Shown here one piece after another: positions 1-10,338 of a stretch of 64,000 nucleotides of DNA (position 1 is its first letter; every line of letters starts with the position of its first letter). Below the pieces are notes generated by a model. That model did not search any database, was not told the origin of the DNA, and saw nothing but the letters and a program-made list of their open reading frames with translations. Source of the stretch: an uncultured Leptospiraceae bacterium (GTDB lineage: Bacteria; Spirochaetota; UBA4802; UB4802); assembly GCA_964345775.1 (NCBI GenBank), contig CAYFSO010000004.1:9141-73140 (forward strand), given 5' to 3'. The translations under genes and the position numbers were made by a program.

Positions 1-1051
1 CTTCCACCGGGTATCGGTTACAGTCGATAACATTATCCAGAAAATGAACCGCGTCCCTGGTCACCCCTTTCAGTTTTTCATAATCAACCACATGCCGGCC
101 ATTATCTTCTTTCAGCATCCTGTCAAGGTTTATGGAGCCCAGGTTGCACGACTCGTAGGGCAGCAGGGGCTGCTCTCCACAGGGATTGGTACTTTCTATG
201 AGTGCGACCTTTCTAAGAACATTCTTCTCATTTATCCTGTCGATGAATATCACTCCAGGTTCACCGTTTTTCCATGCCATGTCCACGATAAGCGAAAACA
301 CCTCGCGCGCTTTCAGCCTGTCAACTGTTTCACCGGTCCTGGGATTGACCAGGTGATATTCACCGTCTTCGTTTACAGCCTTCATGAACCGGTCAGTAAT
401 GGCCACCGAGCAGTTGAAATTGGTAAGACGTTCAGGATTTTCCTTTGCGGTAATAAAGTCCAGTATATCAGGATGCGTGACGTGCAGTATGGCCATGTTG
501 GCTCCACGCCTGGTACCTCCCTGCTTCACGGTTTCCGTGGCACTGTTGAACACGTTCATAAAGGATACCGGGCCGCTGGACACACCCGCGGTTGACCGAA
601 CCAGGTCATTTTTGGGGCGCAGGCGTGAGAAGGAGAACCCCGTCCCCCCGCCACTCTTGTGAATGAGTGCCATTGCTTTTATGGTGTCAAATATTCCCTC
701 CATGGAATCTTCAACAGGCAGCACAAAACAGGCAGAGAGCTGTCCCAGCGATTTGCCTGCATTCATCAATGTGGGGCTGTTAGGAATGAACTCAAGTTCT
801 GCCATTATCTGGTAGAACCTGTCAGCAACAGCGTTTACCTGTGCATCACCTGCACCGTAATTATAATCCACTGATGCAACGAACCTGCTGATACGGCCGA
901 ACATTTCTTCTGCGGTTTCGATCACCTCACCATCTTCATTCCTGGCAAGGTATCGCTTCTCAAGCACCATCTTTGCATTCTCTGATAACCGGGGCTTTTT
1001 ATCCGATCGTATTTCTATTGATTCCCATCCAGTTGTTTTATCAGTGTTCAT
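1..1051 (-). CDS. nrdJ: Class II (adenosylcobalamin-dependent) ribonucleotide reductase, N-terminal ~350 aa; the gene runs off the left edge
   Basis: Absent from the ORF track because it has no stop inside the window. Reading the minus strand from the ATG (rc of 1049-1051) gives [14 protein letters not shown]...[17 protein letters not shown]...[19 protein letters not shown]...[12 protein letters not shown]...[22 protein letters not shown], which are hallmark class II RNR motifs. The + strand ORFs 44-595, 384-662 and 659-874 are antisense shadows. Confidence 0.85.
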   Translation of the reverse strand, partial: MNTDKTTGWESIEIRSDKKPRLSENAKMVLEKRYLARNEDGEVIETAEEMFGRISRFVASVDYNYGAGDAQVNAVADRFYQIMAELEFIPNSPTLMNAGKSLGQLSACFVLPVEDSMEGIFDTIKAMALIHKSGGGTGFSFSRLRPKNDLVRSTAGVSSGPVSFMNVFNSATETVKQGGTRRGANMAILHVTHPDILDFITAKENPERLTNFNCSVAITDRFMKAVNEDGEYHLVNPRTGETVDRLKAREVFSLIVDMAWKNGEPGVIFIDRINEKNVLRKVALIESTNPCGEQPLLPYESCNLGSINLDRMLKEDNGRHVVDYEKLKGVTRDAVHFLDNVIDCNRYPVE

Positions 1052-1163
1052 ATAAGCCGGGTTAACCTCCCCTTGCAGGTAGTATCCATTAGTAAGGACA
1101 GTATACTCAGTGAAGAGTCCCTGTACAATCAATATACGTATTCTGGAACGAATTACTGCCGGT

Positions 1164-2252
1164 TTACTGGTTATCCTGGACAAGCCGGTAAAACCGTGAA
1201 AACAGGTACCGTGAATCATGCGGTCCCGGACTTGCTTCGGGGTGATACTGCACCGAAAAAACGGGCAGCTTTTTATGCCGCAGCCCCTCTACGGTATTAT
1301 CATTCAGGTTTACATGTGTTATTTCTATATCATCATTATTCTTGAGAGAATCATAGTCTACCGCGAAACCGTGATTCTGGGAGGTGATCTCCACTTTGCC
1401 GGTATCCATATTTTTCACCGGCTGGTTGGCACCCCTGTGCCCGAATTTCAGCTTGTAGGTTGAACCGCCAAGGCCAAGGGCCAGCAGCTGGTGTCCCAGG
1501 CATATACCAAAACAGGGGATCTCTTCCCTGGCAATGTCTTTTACCAGTTCAGGAGCATACGTAACTGCATCCGGATCACCGGGGCCATTGGATAAAAATA
1601 TTCCATGCACCCCGTCATCAATTGCTTTTTTCAATGGTGAATTCCCGGGATATACCCTGATATTGAAACCCTCTTCGCTGAGCAACCTGAGAATGTTGGT
1701 CTTTACCCCGTAATCGAAAACACCCACGGTATACGCGCCCGGTGTATCTTCGCCGAAAGAATACGTTTCCGTACAGGCAACCCGTGAGGCCAGGTCAAGT
1801 CCCTCCATCTTCGGGTGGGCCCGCACCTTTTCAAGGCCTCCCTCCTGGTCACGAAAGATGCCCGCCCGCATGGCACCCTTGTCGCGTATATGGCGGGTAA
1901 GCTTCCTGGTGTCCACTCCTTCTATGCCGGGAACCCCGGCCTTCTTCAGGTAATCGTCAAGTGAATACTCCGCGCGGAAATTGGAATACTGTTTGCTGTA
2001 TTCCTTAACAACAAAGCCGGCAACCTGCACCTTGCAGGATTCCACGTCCTCTTCGTTAACCCCGTAATTCCCTATCATGGGATATGTCATGGTTATTATC
2101 TGTCCGTTATATGAAGGGTCTGTCAGCACTTCCTGGTAACCGCTCATGGAGGTGTTAAAAACCACCTCTCCCTGGCTGTCACCTTCATAGCCGAATCCGT
2201 ATCCCGGGAAAACCGTCCCGTCCTCGAGTATTAAACAGGCTTTTTCTGCCAT
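1164..2252 (-). CDS. carA: Carbamoyl-phosphate synthase small (glutamine amidotransferase) subunit
   Basis: 362 aa. N-terminal CPSase small-chain domain ([21 protein letters not shown]...MIGNYGVN). Class I GATase triad context ([11 protein letters not shown] ... [13 protein letters not shown]). Confidence 0.9.
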   Translation of the reverse strand: MAEKACLILEDGTVFPGYGFGYEGDSQGEVVFNTSMSGYQEVLTDPSYNGQIITMTYPMIGNYGVNEEDVESCKVQVAGFVVKEYSKQYSNFRAEYSLDDYLKKAGVPGIEGVDTRKLTRHIRDKGAMRAGIFRDQEGGLEKVRAHPKMEGLDLASRVACTETYSFGEDTPGAYTVGVFDYGVKTNILRLLSEEGFNIRVYPGNSPLKKAIDDGVHGIFLSNGPGDPDAVTYAPELVKDIAREEIPCFGICLGHQLLALGLGGSTYKLKFGHRGANQPVKNMDTGKVEITSQNHGFAVDYDSLKNNDDIEITHVNLNDNTVEGLRHKKLPVFSVQYHPEASPGPHDSRYLFSRFYRLVQDNQ

Positions 2253-2406
2253 ATGTTTCCTCTTTATTAAACTATGTTCTGAATCTCGCTAATCGCCCAC
2301 TGCAGCACAAAGATCATCTTATGTGCACATATCCGTGGCACGGAAGTTGTCAAATGTTATTTCCAAGTATACACGATCAATTGTTACATTTCAGTAAAAT
2401 ATTAGC

Positions 2407-3897
2407 CTAAAACCGCATGGAAATGCTGCAGGATATACATGTTTCGTCATTGCCGGGTGAATACATACCCATTGAAAAACCAGGTGAACGTTTTCCACCT
2501 TCCATTTCCAGGCTATACACGGTGTATGCGGGTTCTGCAAGCCAGGCATGAACGAGTTCAACCAGTTTCAGGCCGGCAAGTGTTGCCAGGGCCGCTTTAC
2601 CCCTCCTGTCATCCATGCCGTGAAAAACCAGCACCCCGGCAGCCATCATCTCCGTGGTGTAATATCCCCAGCCGAAAAACCTGTGTCCCTTGTAAAAAAG
2701 ACCGCCACCGGGGAATACACCGGAAAGTACCGCTGCGAAGCTGTGGCGCGACTCAAAAAAAGGAGGGAGTACCCCTTCTCTTTCATACTGGTATGCAAGC
2801 TGATCAAGAAAAGCCGCAGTATACGTTACCGGGAGAGTACCCCACAAGAACATGTGCAGCCGGGCCATCTCATCAGTTTTATCACTGTCCTGTACCCAGG
2901 GAAAAAAGTGTGCCCTGAATCCAGTAAGAACGGAAGGCATCATCAACTGGGTACCGGTAAAAACAGAAGCTGCCACCAGACCCGGCGTGGAAGGTGCGGG
3001 GTCCTTAAACCCAAGGTAATGGGTTGACAGGTAGGCTCCATATGCGGGAAGCAGAAGATTTCCGCCCGGGTTTATGACACAGATACCCTCTATCATCCTT
3101 TTATCAGCGGGCATGTTTTTCAGCAATACCGCACTGGTTCCCTTTCTGCGTTCCAGGTTATGTACGATGGATCGCTCCAACTCTTTCACATAACAAGCCG
3201 CATCATCACGGGGTGGAAGGAATATACTTTCAACATCGTTCTTTAGGTCATTTATGCGGCATATACTGTGATACCGTCCTGTCTCAAGTATTTCAATTTT
3301 TCTTCCTTCACTATCATGAATGGTGGTTTCTTCCAGTCCCTGCCATTGCCCTGCCTCCATCCGGTACAGGTCACCACGGATCTTTTTGATCTTCACCGGC
3401 ACCTGTATAGTCTTCATCATGAGAGCAACTTCACGGGCAAGCTTCAACGGGACGTTCTGCGGCACCTGGCTTCTCACTTTCAGTATACCGGTGTATTGTT
3501 TATATGCTTCTTCAGTAGTCGTTATTTCCAGTTGCCCGTAATACCGTGATCCAAGCTGGTATACTCCAACCTGGATCACCAGGGGGATATCATACCCTTC
3601 GGCTGTTTCAGCTAATGAAGTGCTTCCATCGCTGTTCCGCATATCAGAGAATACCGCGTTTCGTATATCCCGGCCCGCCGGAACCAGCCTTTTCCCGTCT
3701 TTCAGTGCATCTTCAACTGCGGTTACCGATTCGTCCACCAGTGACTTGATAACCAGCGATCTTGTGCCTGAAGGTATAACCATTACCTGGCTGTACCGTG
3801 ACTGCCGGGCTTGCAGCTTTTCCTGCAAACAGGGGAACATGAGAACCACCATAGCAAGAATGAAAAACCACCGTATTTGTACTGTATATATCTTCAT
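2407..3897 (-). CDS. Hypothetical envelope/membrane protein, paralogous in layout to 3923-5455
   Basis: 496 aa. N-terminal hydrophobic signal/anchor (FFILAMVVLMFPC). C-terminal hydrophobic segments include FPGGGLFYKGHRFFGWGYY, and the protein ends ...SISMRF. Lies 25 nt downstream of the previous gene on the same strand. No family recognised. Confidence 0.6.
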   Translation of the reverse strand: MKIYTVQIRWFFILAMVVLMFPCLQEKLQARQSRYSQVMVIPSGTRSLVIKSLVDESVTAVEDALKDGKRLVPAGRDIRNAVFSDMRNSDGSTSLAETAEGYDIPLVIQVGVYQLGSRYYGQLEITTTEEAYKQYTGILKVRSQVPQNVPLKLAREVALMMKTIQVPVKIKKIRGDLYRMEAGQWQGLEETTIHDSEGRKIEILETGRYHSICRINDLKNDVESIFLPPRDDAACYVKELERSIVHNLERRKGTSAVLLKNMPADKRMIEGICVINPGGNLLLPAYGAYLSTHYLGFKDPAPSTPGLVAASVFTGTQLMMPSVLTGFRAHFFPWVQDSDKTDEMARLHMFLWGTLPVTYTAAFLDQLAYQYEREGVLPPFFESRHSFAAVLSGVFPGGGLFYKGHRFFGWGYYTTEMMAAGVLVFHGMDDRRGKAALATLAGLKLVELVHAWLAEPAYTVYSLEMEGGKRSPGFSMGMYSPGNDETCISCSISMRF

Positions 3898-3922
3898 AGC
3901 GTATTATTTTTTACCATGTTCA

Positions 3923-5455
3923 TCAATAACGCATTGTGATGGCAATACCACCCTGCATCTCGCCATCAACACCTGTATTGATAACCGGGTTCACGGTATA
4001 CATCTTTTCCTCGATCCTGCCGTTACGTATATTATTCTTCGTAAATAATACGTGCAAAATTTCTATTACCTTAACCGTTCCAAGTACTGAAGCATATATA
4101 TACGCGTTTTGCCTGTTCCTTTCACCTTTTTCATACTCACCGGTTGCATCGTTATAGTATTCCGGCCGCGCCCAGTTATACATAAAACCATAGAGAAGCA
4201 GGTTCTGTACATGGTAGTACAGGTACCCCCAGCCGCGGTATCCCCGGTAGAAGTGTCCCCCACCTCCGCTTACCAGTGAAAGGTATATAGCGGTTGCGGT
4301 ATTCCCCATCAATGGCTGCTGCCCGGTGTAATTTGAAGCCCTGTCCAGGTAATCGCTGGAAAACGCGTCAACGAACTGCGGCAAGCCCCCTGCCAGCAGC
4401 ATGTACCAGCCAAAATAATTCCGGGCCACCTGCTCTCGTGAAATATCCTTTTTTTCTTCACGCATTGATTCAGGACTGTTACGCAGGCCATGGTATTCAA
4501 GGTATAGATACGGTATGGTATTTACAGCCCACAGCCCCAGGCCGGCATAATCTCCTTTCTGGTAGTACCCAAGAAGCGGCACCACCAGTGGCATGGACGC
4601 ACTGGCAGGCACGGTAAAGGCCATTACGAGGCATGTATCATCGGCAGAAGCTTCATCGAACACTATTTCACGCTTCCTTCCCCTGTAAAACTCCTCCAGG
4701 TAATCTGCGGTGTCGTCCAGTGATAAGAATATAAAATCACCCGGGATCACGGGCGCCGCCTCGTGACGTTTCCCTGAGGGGGTGGCTTCTTCTATCATGT
4801 TACCGGAAATATTTACTTCTCCAACCCTGTCATAAAGGGATGGGATCCCGGTGCTCATATCCGTATCTCCATCATTAAATGAATACAGCACATAATTCCC
4901 GTTAATAGCATCCGGCCAGGAAAAATGAAAACTGTTATTTTTCATTCGGACTTCCACCGGCACACTGCATCCACGGCAAAAGGAGGAAAGAAAGAAACCG
5001 GCATGCTCCTCTGCCATATAACTGTACTCCTTTTCTCCCGGGCGAATATCTTTTACCGGGATCTTTACACTGTACCGGTTGATCATCTTGCCAAAGTGGG
5101 GTACCTGAATGCCGTATGAATACAGGTTCAACTCGAAGTGATCCCCCCTGTCTTTCACCTGTCCGCGGATAAGAAACGAGATACCGGCATCCCGTGCGAA
5201 TCTCACCTGGCACTGCTCATCTTCACAACCATACCTGTCTATCTGCTTTTCCAGTACACCAGGGTTTACCATCTCAAAAAGGCCCGTGGTGCCTGCAATA
5301 TTATCCAGGTGTGTCCGCACCAGCCGTGCAAAAGCGATTGATCCTGGTGAGTCCGCGCGAATGGGGGATATTGCCAGCAGCGGCCTGGTGGTATCAGCTG
5401 CCGCCATGCTGACCGCGCATGCGAGTATACATATTGCAAAGAATATTTTTTTCAT
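3923..5455 (-). CDS. Hypothetical secreted/lipoprotein-like envelope protein, paralogous in layout to 2407-3897
   Basis: 510 aa. Signal peptide MKKIFFAICILACAVSMAAA. N-terminal module resembles LpoB/CsgG/TolB-N type periplasmic domains (RPLLAISPIRADSPGS...FLIRGQVKDRGDHFELNLYSYG). C-terminal hydrophobic segments include SGGGGHFYRGYRGWGYLYY, and the protein ends ...AITMRY. Confidence 0.6.
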   Translation of the reverse strand: MKKIFFAICILACAVSMAAADTTRPLLAISPIRADSPGSIAFARLVRTHLDNIAGTTGLFEMVNPGVLEKQIDRYGCEDEQCQVRFARDAGISFLIRGQVKDRGDHFELNLYSYGIQVPHFGKMINRYSVKIPVKDIRPGEKEYSYMAEEHAGFFLSSFCRGCSVPVEVRMKNNSFHFSWPDAINGNYVLYSFNDGDTDMSTGIPSLYDRVGEVNISGNMIEEATPSGKRHEAAPVIPGDFIFLSLDDTADYLEEFYRGRKREIVFDEASADDTCLVMAFTVPASASMPLVVPLLGYYQKGDYAGLGLWAVNTIPYLYLEYHGLRNSPESMREEKKDISREQVARNYFGWYMLLAGGLPQFVDAFSSDYLDRASNYTGQQPLMGNTATAIYLSLVSGGGGHFYRGYRGWGYLYYHVQNLLLYGFMYNWARPEYYNDATGEYEKGERNRQNAYIYASVLGTVKVIEILHVLFTKNNIRNGRIEEKMYTVNPVINTGVDGEMQGGIAITMRY

Positions 5456-5483
5456 AACAATGCGGATGTCCGTTCAGGAATGT

Positions 5484-8036
5484 TTACTTGATCACTATTT
5501 TGTACGGATTAATATACAGTACCTGTTCATCCTTCAACCGTATCAGCGATGCATGGTCAAGCAACATTTGCATTTCTTCTCTCAGCACCGAACCGATATC
5601 AGGCTTGTCCATGATCTCTGTCAGGTCCTCTTTTCTTTCGGGTAACTGTTTCAGGGTATATCTTCTTTCAATACCTGCCTTTGCAGCGGCGAAGTTTATG
5701 GCGGTTAGAAGCCCGCCTCGTTTGTCAGCCAGCCCGTTTTCCAGGGCCTGGTTCCCGGTAAAAACCCTTCCTTCTGCAACTTCCGGGATTCGGCTTTCGC
5801 TTATGTCCCTGGCCTGCTTTACCCTGCTGGCAAAACGCCGGTACATGTGATCCACGCTGTCCTGAAGCATGGCCTTTTCCCTATCGGTCAGCTCCCTGGA
5901 CTCGGAGAAAAGGTCTGCGAACCTGTTCATTTTCACGATATCCTTGTTAATACCCAGCTTTTCATAAAGCTCCTTGAGGGAGACCTTGCCCATTATGACC
6001 CCTATGGAACCTGTCAGCGTATTACCGTTCACGAAAATGGGATCACCTGTACAGGCCACGTAATACCCTCCCGATGCCGCAATGTTGCCGAAGGAGAATA
6101 CCACCGGTTTTGGATATTTCTTCTTGAACCTGAGAAGGGTATGCCACATGAGTTCCGATGCGAAGGCAGAACCACCACCCGAATTAACCCGAACGACTAC
6201 CGCCCGCACAAGTGGATTGCTGAAAGCTTCTCTCACTGCTTTAGAATAGTCCTTTTCACCGGTAAGCCTTGGCGTAAAGAGTCCATCCTTTTCGGCAGAT
6301 CCCCTGACAATATTCCCCGAAACATGAATAACGGCAATAGCCGGTTCCGGGCCCCAGTTATACACGTGAACATCTTCCTCCAGGTACTCATCAAGTTTAA
6401 CCACGTTACGTATCACCCTGGTTTTGGTGACTATCTTTTCGGTAACTTCGTCAGGATAGGCACATTCATCCACAAAACCAAGACGACATGCCTCCTTTTC
6501 AGTTATAATGCCCCGTTCAAGCTGACGGTTCACTTCCTGTATATCCATGTTCCTGTCATCCGCGATGTCCTGAACAAATTGACTGTTCGAACTTTTAAGT
6601 AATGAAATAACATTTTCCCTGAAAGCATCTGACATGCTGTCACGGGTAAATCCTTCACCAAATGACTTGTACGTGCCGTGTTTCACCTCTTCGAACGTAA
6701 CACCAACCTTGTCCATGAACGACTTGAAGAAATAAACCTGTGCACTAAGTCCACTGATAAAAAACGACTGGCCGGGAGTAAGGAATATCCTGTCAGCTAT
6801 CGCGGCAAGGTAATACTCCTGGTTCCCCACGGAATTCATGATCACGTATACCCTCTTCCCTTTTTCACGAAAGGTTTTCAGTTCATCACGCAATTCCTGT
6901 GCCCTTGCAAAGTCCAGTACCGGTTTTTCTATGTATATAATAACACCTTCGATGGTCACATCGTTCGCTGCAACATTGACCGCCCTGACAAGATCGGAGA
7001 AAGTGGTTTCGGGTTTCCCGAAAAGTTTTACTTCCTCGACTTCCCTGAATTCATGGTCCAGCGAAATGCTGAGATACCTTCCGGTCACGCATACAGGATC
7101 ACTGTACCGTTCCCTTGTAAGGATCAACCCGCCATTCATATACCCTTTCTGTCCATCTGTGCTGGTTGACATGTACCGGTAATCAGCCATCAGTGTGCGG
7201 GACGTTTTCGCCGACATGTCTATGGGCATGGTAATACCGAAGTTATAATTGCTGTCCGTGTCTGCCTGTACACTCAGCATGATGTCGGCTATCATTCGCG
7301 CATGTACTGAAAAGAGATACGGAACATCTTTTATAGATTCGCCCTCGTATTTCTTCACATCGCACGCAAGGGATACCCTGTTGCCGAAAGGACGGATCGC
7401 AAGCGAATACCAGTACCTTCGGGGAACAGTATTTTCACCCCACTCGGGGGTGTTGATATTTCCATACACCATGCCGAATGATATGAACTCGGCAGGCTGA
7501 AACAGCAACCCCATGTTCCACGAATGTAAACCGTCATAATTGGAACCAGCAGGGGAAAGATGATAGTAACCTGCGCCAATCCCGATAAAGTTGTTGAGCA
7601 TCACACCCTTGCTGGCGTAATAATAATGCGCGCTCTCGTCCAGCAGCACGTTGTCGTCGTACAGGCCATGGATTTTGGCGTACGAGAGGTTGAATCCTTT
7701 CCAGGCCAGTGTCCCCATGCTGGTGCCCTTATCAAGTTCATCATAGCGCCAGTAACGGTACTGCAGGGAAAAGGAATCGTTCACATCCCCAAGTACGGGA
7801 TTTACAAGAGAAGCTGATGGATGACCGGGGATACCTGCTGAAACCCCGGGCAGGATCTCACCTTCGGGCTGCACCCGGGCACCGGCCGAACCGGTGAAAA
7901 CCAGTACTGACATTATAACAAGACATGCTACCAGTGTGAAAACAGCTATGGTATTATTCCACTTCAACGCCCAGGAATGTAATATCGTCCCGTATATGCT
8001 CCACCCCGAATTCATTGATGGCTTCAATAACCGCAT
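5484..8036 (-). CDS. sppA: Signal peptide peptidase SppA (tandem S49 domains, 67K type) with a ~300-aa beta-rich N-terminal extension
   Basis: 850 aa. S49 motifs are present: RVNSGGGSAFASELMWH, FGNIAASGGYYVACTGD, TLTGSIGV. A first, more degenerate S49 repeat lies upstream (VIMNSVGNQEYYLAAIADRIF). The listed ATG at 8036 overlaps the upstream gene by 83 nt. In-frame ATG 8015 or TTG 7967, which gives a signal-like KWNNTIAVFTLVACLVIMSVLVFTGSAGA, are more plausible starts. Confidence 0.8.
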   Translation of the reverse strand: MRLLKPSMNSGWSIYGTILHSWALKWNNTIAVFTLVACLVIMSVLVFTGSAGARVQPEGEILPGVSAGIPGHPSASLVNPVLGDVNDSFSLQYRYWRYDELDKGTSMGTLAWKGFNLSYAKIHGLYDDNVLLDESAHYYYASKGVMLNNFIGIGAGYYHLSPAGSNYDGLHSWNMGLLFQPAEFISFGMVYGNINTPEWGENTVPRRYWYSLAIRPFGNRVSLACDVKKYEGESIKDVPYLFSVHARMIADIMLSVQADTDSNYNFGITMPIDMSAKTSRTLMADYRYMSTSTDGQKGYMNGGLILTRERYSDPVCVTGRYLSISLDHEFREVEEVKLFGKPETTFSDLVRAVNVAANDVTIEGVIIYIEKPVLDFARAQELRDELKTFREKGKRVYVIMNSVGNQEYYLAAIADRIFLTPGQSFFISGLSAQVYFFKSFMDKVGVTFEEVKHGTYKSFGEGFTRDSMSDAFRENVISLLKSSNSQFVQDIADDRNMDIQEVNRQLERGIITEKEACRLGFVDECAYPDEVTEKIVTKTRVIRNVVKLDEYLEEDVHVYNWGPEPAIAVIHVSGNIVRGSAEKDGLFTPRLTGEKDYSKAVREAFSNPLVRAVVVRVNSGGGSAFASELMWHTLLRFKKKYPKPVVFSFGNIAASGGYYVACTGDPIFVNGNTLTGSIGVIMGKVSLKELYEKLGINKDIVKMNRFADLFSESRELTDREKAMLQDSVDHMYRRFASRVKQARDISESRIPEVAEGRVFTGNQALENGLADKRGGLLTAINFAAAKAGIERRYTLKQLPERKEDLTEIMDKPDIGSVLREEMQMLLDHASLIRLKDEQVLYINPYKIVIK

Positions 8037-10338
8037 TTATTCTCTCCTCTATATCTTCTTCAGAATCACTGGCCAGTATCTGCTGCAGGTGCTGCTCTCC
8101 AAACGTTTTGTCCTTCTTCTCATCATATAGCTCGGTAAGGCCGTCTGTAAAGAGATATAATTCATCCCCCCGGTCAAGCACATATCTTGACGCATAATAC
8201 CGTGCGGTTGGCTCTACCCCCAGTATTTTAGAGCGGCCTTCCAGCCTGGTTATTTTTTTGCTTCCAGGCTTCCTGATCATTGGTGCATTGTGCCCGGCAT
8301 TTATGTACTGCAATGTACTGTTAGAGCGGTCAAACACCCCGATAAAAAAAGTAATGAGTTCTATACCCCTGTAACGGGTTGTAAGAAAATTATTTATCTC
8401 TTCCACCGTTTTCTCAATGTTTTTCTTTTCACGTAACATTCCGTTCACGATGGCACTGGTCATGGAAAGTATCATCGCCGCGGCAAGTCCATGTCCCGAT
8501 ATGTCCGCCATTACGAATGCCAGCTTCTTTTTACCAATAGGAATAAAGTCAAAATAGTCACCCGTTACTTTAAGGTATGGTCTTGAATAAAAAGAAATGT
8601 TCAACCCGTACCCGGCAGGGGCCTTTTTGGGAAAAAGCCGCATCTGGATATACGAAGCAAGATCGAGTTCCTTCTCGTACCGCCGCTTGATAATGAATTC
8701 CTGGAACAGCCTGTCATTCTCAAACAGCTGGTGCAGCTGCAATGCGACCGTGTTGAAATAATGGATCTCGGTACCGGAAAAGAATTCGTCGTCGTTCTTT
8801 TCGCCAACCTTGAGTATCCCCTTAATCTCACCCCCCGCGAATACCGGGGCCGCTATGGTTATTCCCTCTTCGTCAAGGATATTATATATCCTGTGTTCAA
8901 GAAGAGAGCTGCTCATCAGTGAATAGCGGATAACCGTTTCCCGGAACCGTGAAAAGAAATCCGCGATGAATGAATCCCGTGACTGGTAGTCAACGTAACG
9001 GTATAACCCTTTTCCATGATCATCCGGCATATAGTCGAACACGAGGAATCGCAGTTTCTGCACGTTTGTAACGTTACCTGCTTCAGTAAATATTTTTCTG
9101 ATCTTCACCTCAAGCGGCTGAGGGGAAGAGACAAGCTCTGCAATGTATTGAAGGGAAAGCGCGTATGAATCTTTCCTGAGAAATAGCACGTCATCGAACC
9201 TTCGGATAAGCACCCCCCTTACATGAAGAAGAATCAGTACGCTGGCTACGAAAATACCATACAGCAGGGTGCTTCCCGGTGAGAAGAAACCGGAACGGTT
9301 CACGATATAGTACAGGGATATCCCGGCAACGAGAGCTATTACCAGGTCAAAGAAAAGAAACACAAGGCTCTTGCGTATATTCATCACCGAGCCTATGAAA
9401 TTACTGGAAAGCAGGCTGTTGCCAAGGGCAACCGGCAGCACCACCGCGAAACTGACACAGACCTGTGGAGTCATATCGTACGGAAAAAACAGGCCCAGCA
9501 TAAGCAGAACCACCGGCAGCAGCATACCGGTTATCATCACCGTCATGATGGCGAGGTTTCTACGGCGCAGGTACCTGTTGCCGGTCATGACAGCATAGCC
9601 GAGTATGATCACCGAGGACAATACCGCGCCACAGATAATCAGTGTGAGAATAATGGAAAGGAACTCAAAAAATTTTATAAAGTTCACTACTTGAAGCAGA
9701 TACGCCAGGACAAACAAACCGGAGAAAATAAAACTGAGGGCTATACCAGTTTTACCCATCCGCCTGTTGGCCAGGTTAAAGCTTATCCGCAGCAGGACTA
9801 TCACCGCAATGGCCGCTGCTGCCACGAACAACGGTACAAGCCGTCGCATGCTGAAGACATCCACCAGCAGCAGCAGGAAGAGGCCAAACCCGCACGAAAA
9901 GATAAAGTAGAGATATGCCTGGTAACTCCTGGCATGAAGTGTCCCAACCACCAGGCCCCATATCCAGCACACGTTACCGATCAGCAGGAGAAGCATAAAA
10001 AGCCAGCCTATATTGCTCTTCTCCGGTATCATGGAAAATGAACCGGTATCTTTATCCTGCCCTTTCACACAGGCAAAAGAAAGACCCGGCTTCATCTCGG
10101 TTTTCAGCAACACGTCCGCAATATTTTCTTCATCAACCTGTTGTGATCCTATTTTCAAGATCCTGCACCCGTATCCCATTCTGGAATCCTGGGGACCCAG
10201 GGTGTAAAAAAATGTATCACCTACCAGCAGCCTGTTAAATGGATAATGCTCTGTATAGGTATTTATATCAGACGTAACTGCCACGTTGACCAGCACGAAA
10301 AAGACCATTGTCATCATGTAGAACAGTTTCTTTTTCAC
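7954..10338 (-). CDS. Polytopic membrane sensor with C-terminal PP2C/SpoIIE-family serine phosphatase domain (catalytic motifs intact)
   Basis: 794 aa. The N-terminal half has roughly ten hydrophobic helices. The C-terminus carries the SpoIIE motifs GDYFDFIPIG, FVMADISGHGLAAAM and LYLFTDGLTELYD. The start overlaps the upstream gene's stop (ATGA at 10335-10338). Confidence 0.8.
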   Translation of the reverse strand: MKKKLFYMMTMVFFVLVNVAVTSDINTYTEHYPFNRLLVGDTFFYTLGPQDSRMGYGCRILKIGSQQVDEENIADVLLKTEMKPGLSFACVKGQDKDTGSFSMIPEKSNIGWLFMLLLLIGNVCWIWGLVVGTLHARSYQAYLYFIFSCGFGLFLLLLVDVFSMRRLVPLFVAAAAIAVIVLLRISFNLANRRMGKTGIALSFIFSGLFVLAYLLQVVNFIKFFEFLSIILTLIICGAVLSSVIILGYAVMTGNRYLRRRNLAIMTVMITGMLLPVVLLMLGLFFPYDMTPQVCVSFAVVLPVALGNSLLSSNFIGSVMNIRKSLVFLFFDLVIALVAGISLYYIVNRSGFFSPGSTLLYGIFVASVLILLHVRGVLIRRFDDVLFLRKDSYALSLQYIAELVSSPQPLEVKIRKIFTEAGNVTNVQKLRFLVFDYMPDDHGKGLYRYVDYQSRDSFIADFFSRFRETVIRYSLMSSSLLEHRIYNILDEEGITIAAPVFAGGEIKGILKVGEKNDDEFFSGTEIHYFNTVALQLHQLFENDRLFQEFIIKRRYEKELDLASYIQMRLFPKKAPAGYGLNISFYSRPYLKVTGDYFDFIPIGKKKLAFVMADISGHGLAAAMILSMTSAIVNGMLREKKNIEKTVEEINNFLTTRYRGIELITFFIGVFDRSNSTLQYINAGHNAPMIRKPGSKKITRLEGRSKILGVEPTARYYASRYVLDRGDELYLFTDGLTELYDEKKDKTFGEQHLQQILASDSEEDIEERINAVIEAINEFGVEHIRDDITFLGVEVE

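Noticed and set aside
44-874. Plus-strand ORFs 44-595, 384-662 and 659-874 at the left edge.
   Set aside because: The opposite strand encodes an unmistakable class II ribonucleotide reductase N-terminus across the whole interval. These ORFs are antisense shadows with no recognisable motifs.
1052-1163. I looked for NrdR boxes or a cobalamin riboswitch in the carA-nrdJ spacer. Candidates were the half-palindromes TCACTGAGTATACTGT (rc of ~1097-1112) and AATACGTATATTGATT (rc of ~1127-1143), about 31 bp apart.
   Set aside because: They match the NrdR consensus (acaCwAtATaTwGtgt) at only about 11/16 and 9/16 positions, and the outer palindromic arms are not symmetric. The 112-nt spacer is too short for a B12 riboswitch and lacks a B12-box. 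This is not supportable without a genome-wide motif model.
7954-8036. An 83-nt overlap between the PP2C gene end and the sppA ORF start, which could suggest overlapping genes or recoding.
   Set aside because: In-frame alternative starts (ATG 8015, TTG 7967) shorten the overlap to 62 or 14 nt, and the latter gives a sensible signal peptide. Start-codon over-extension by the ORF finder is the simplest explanation.
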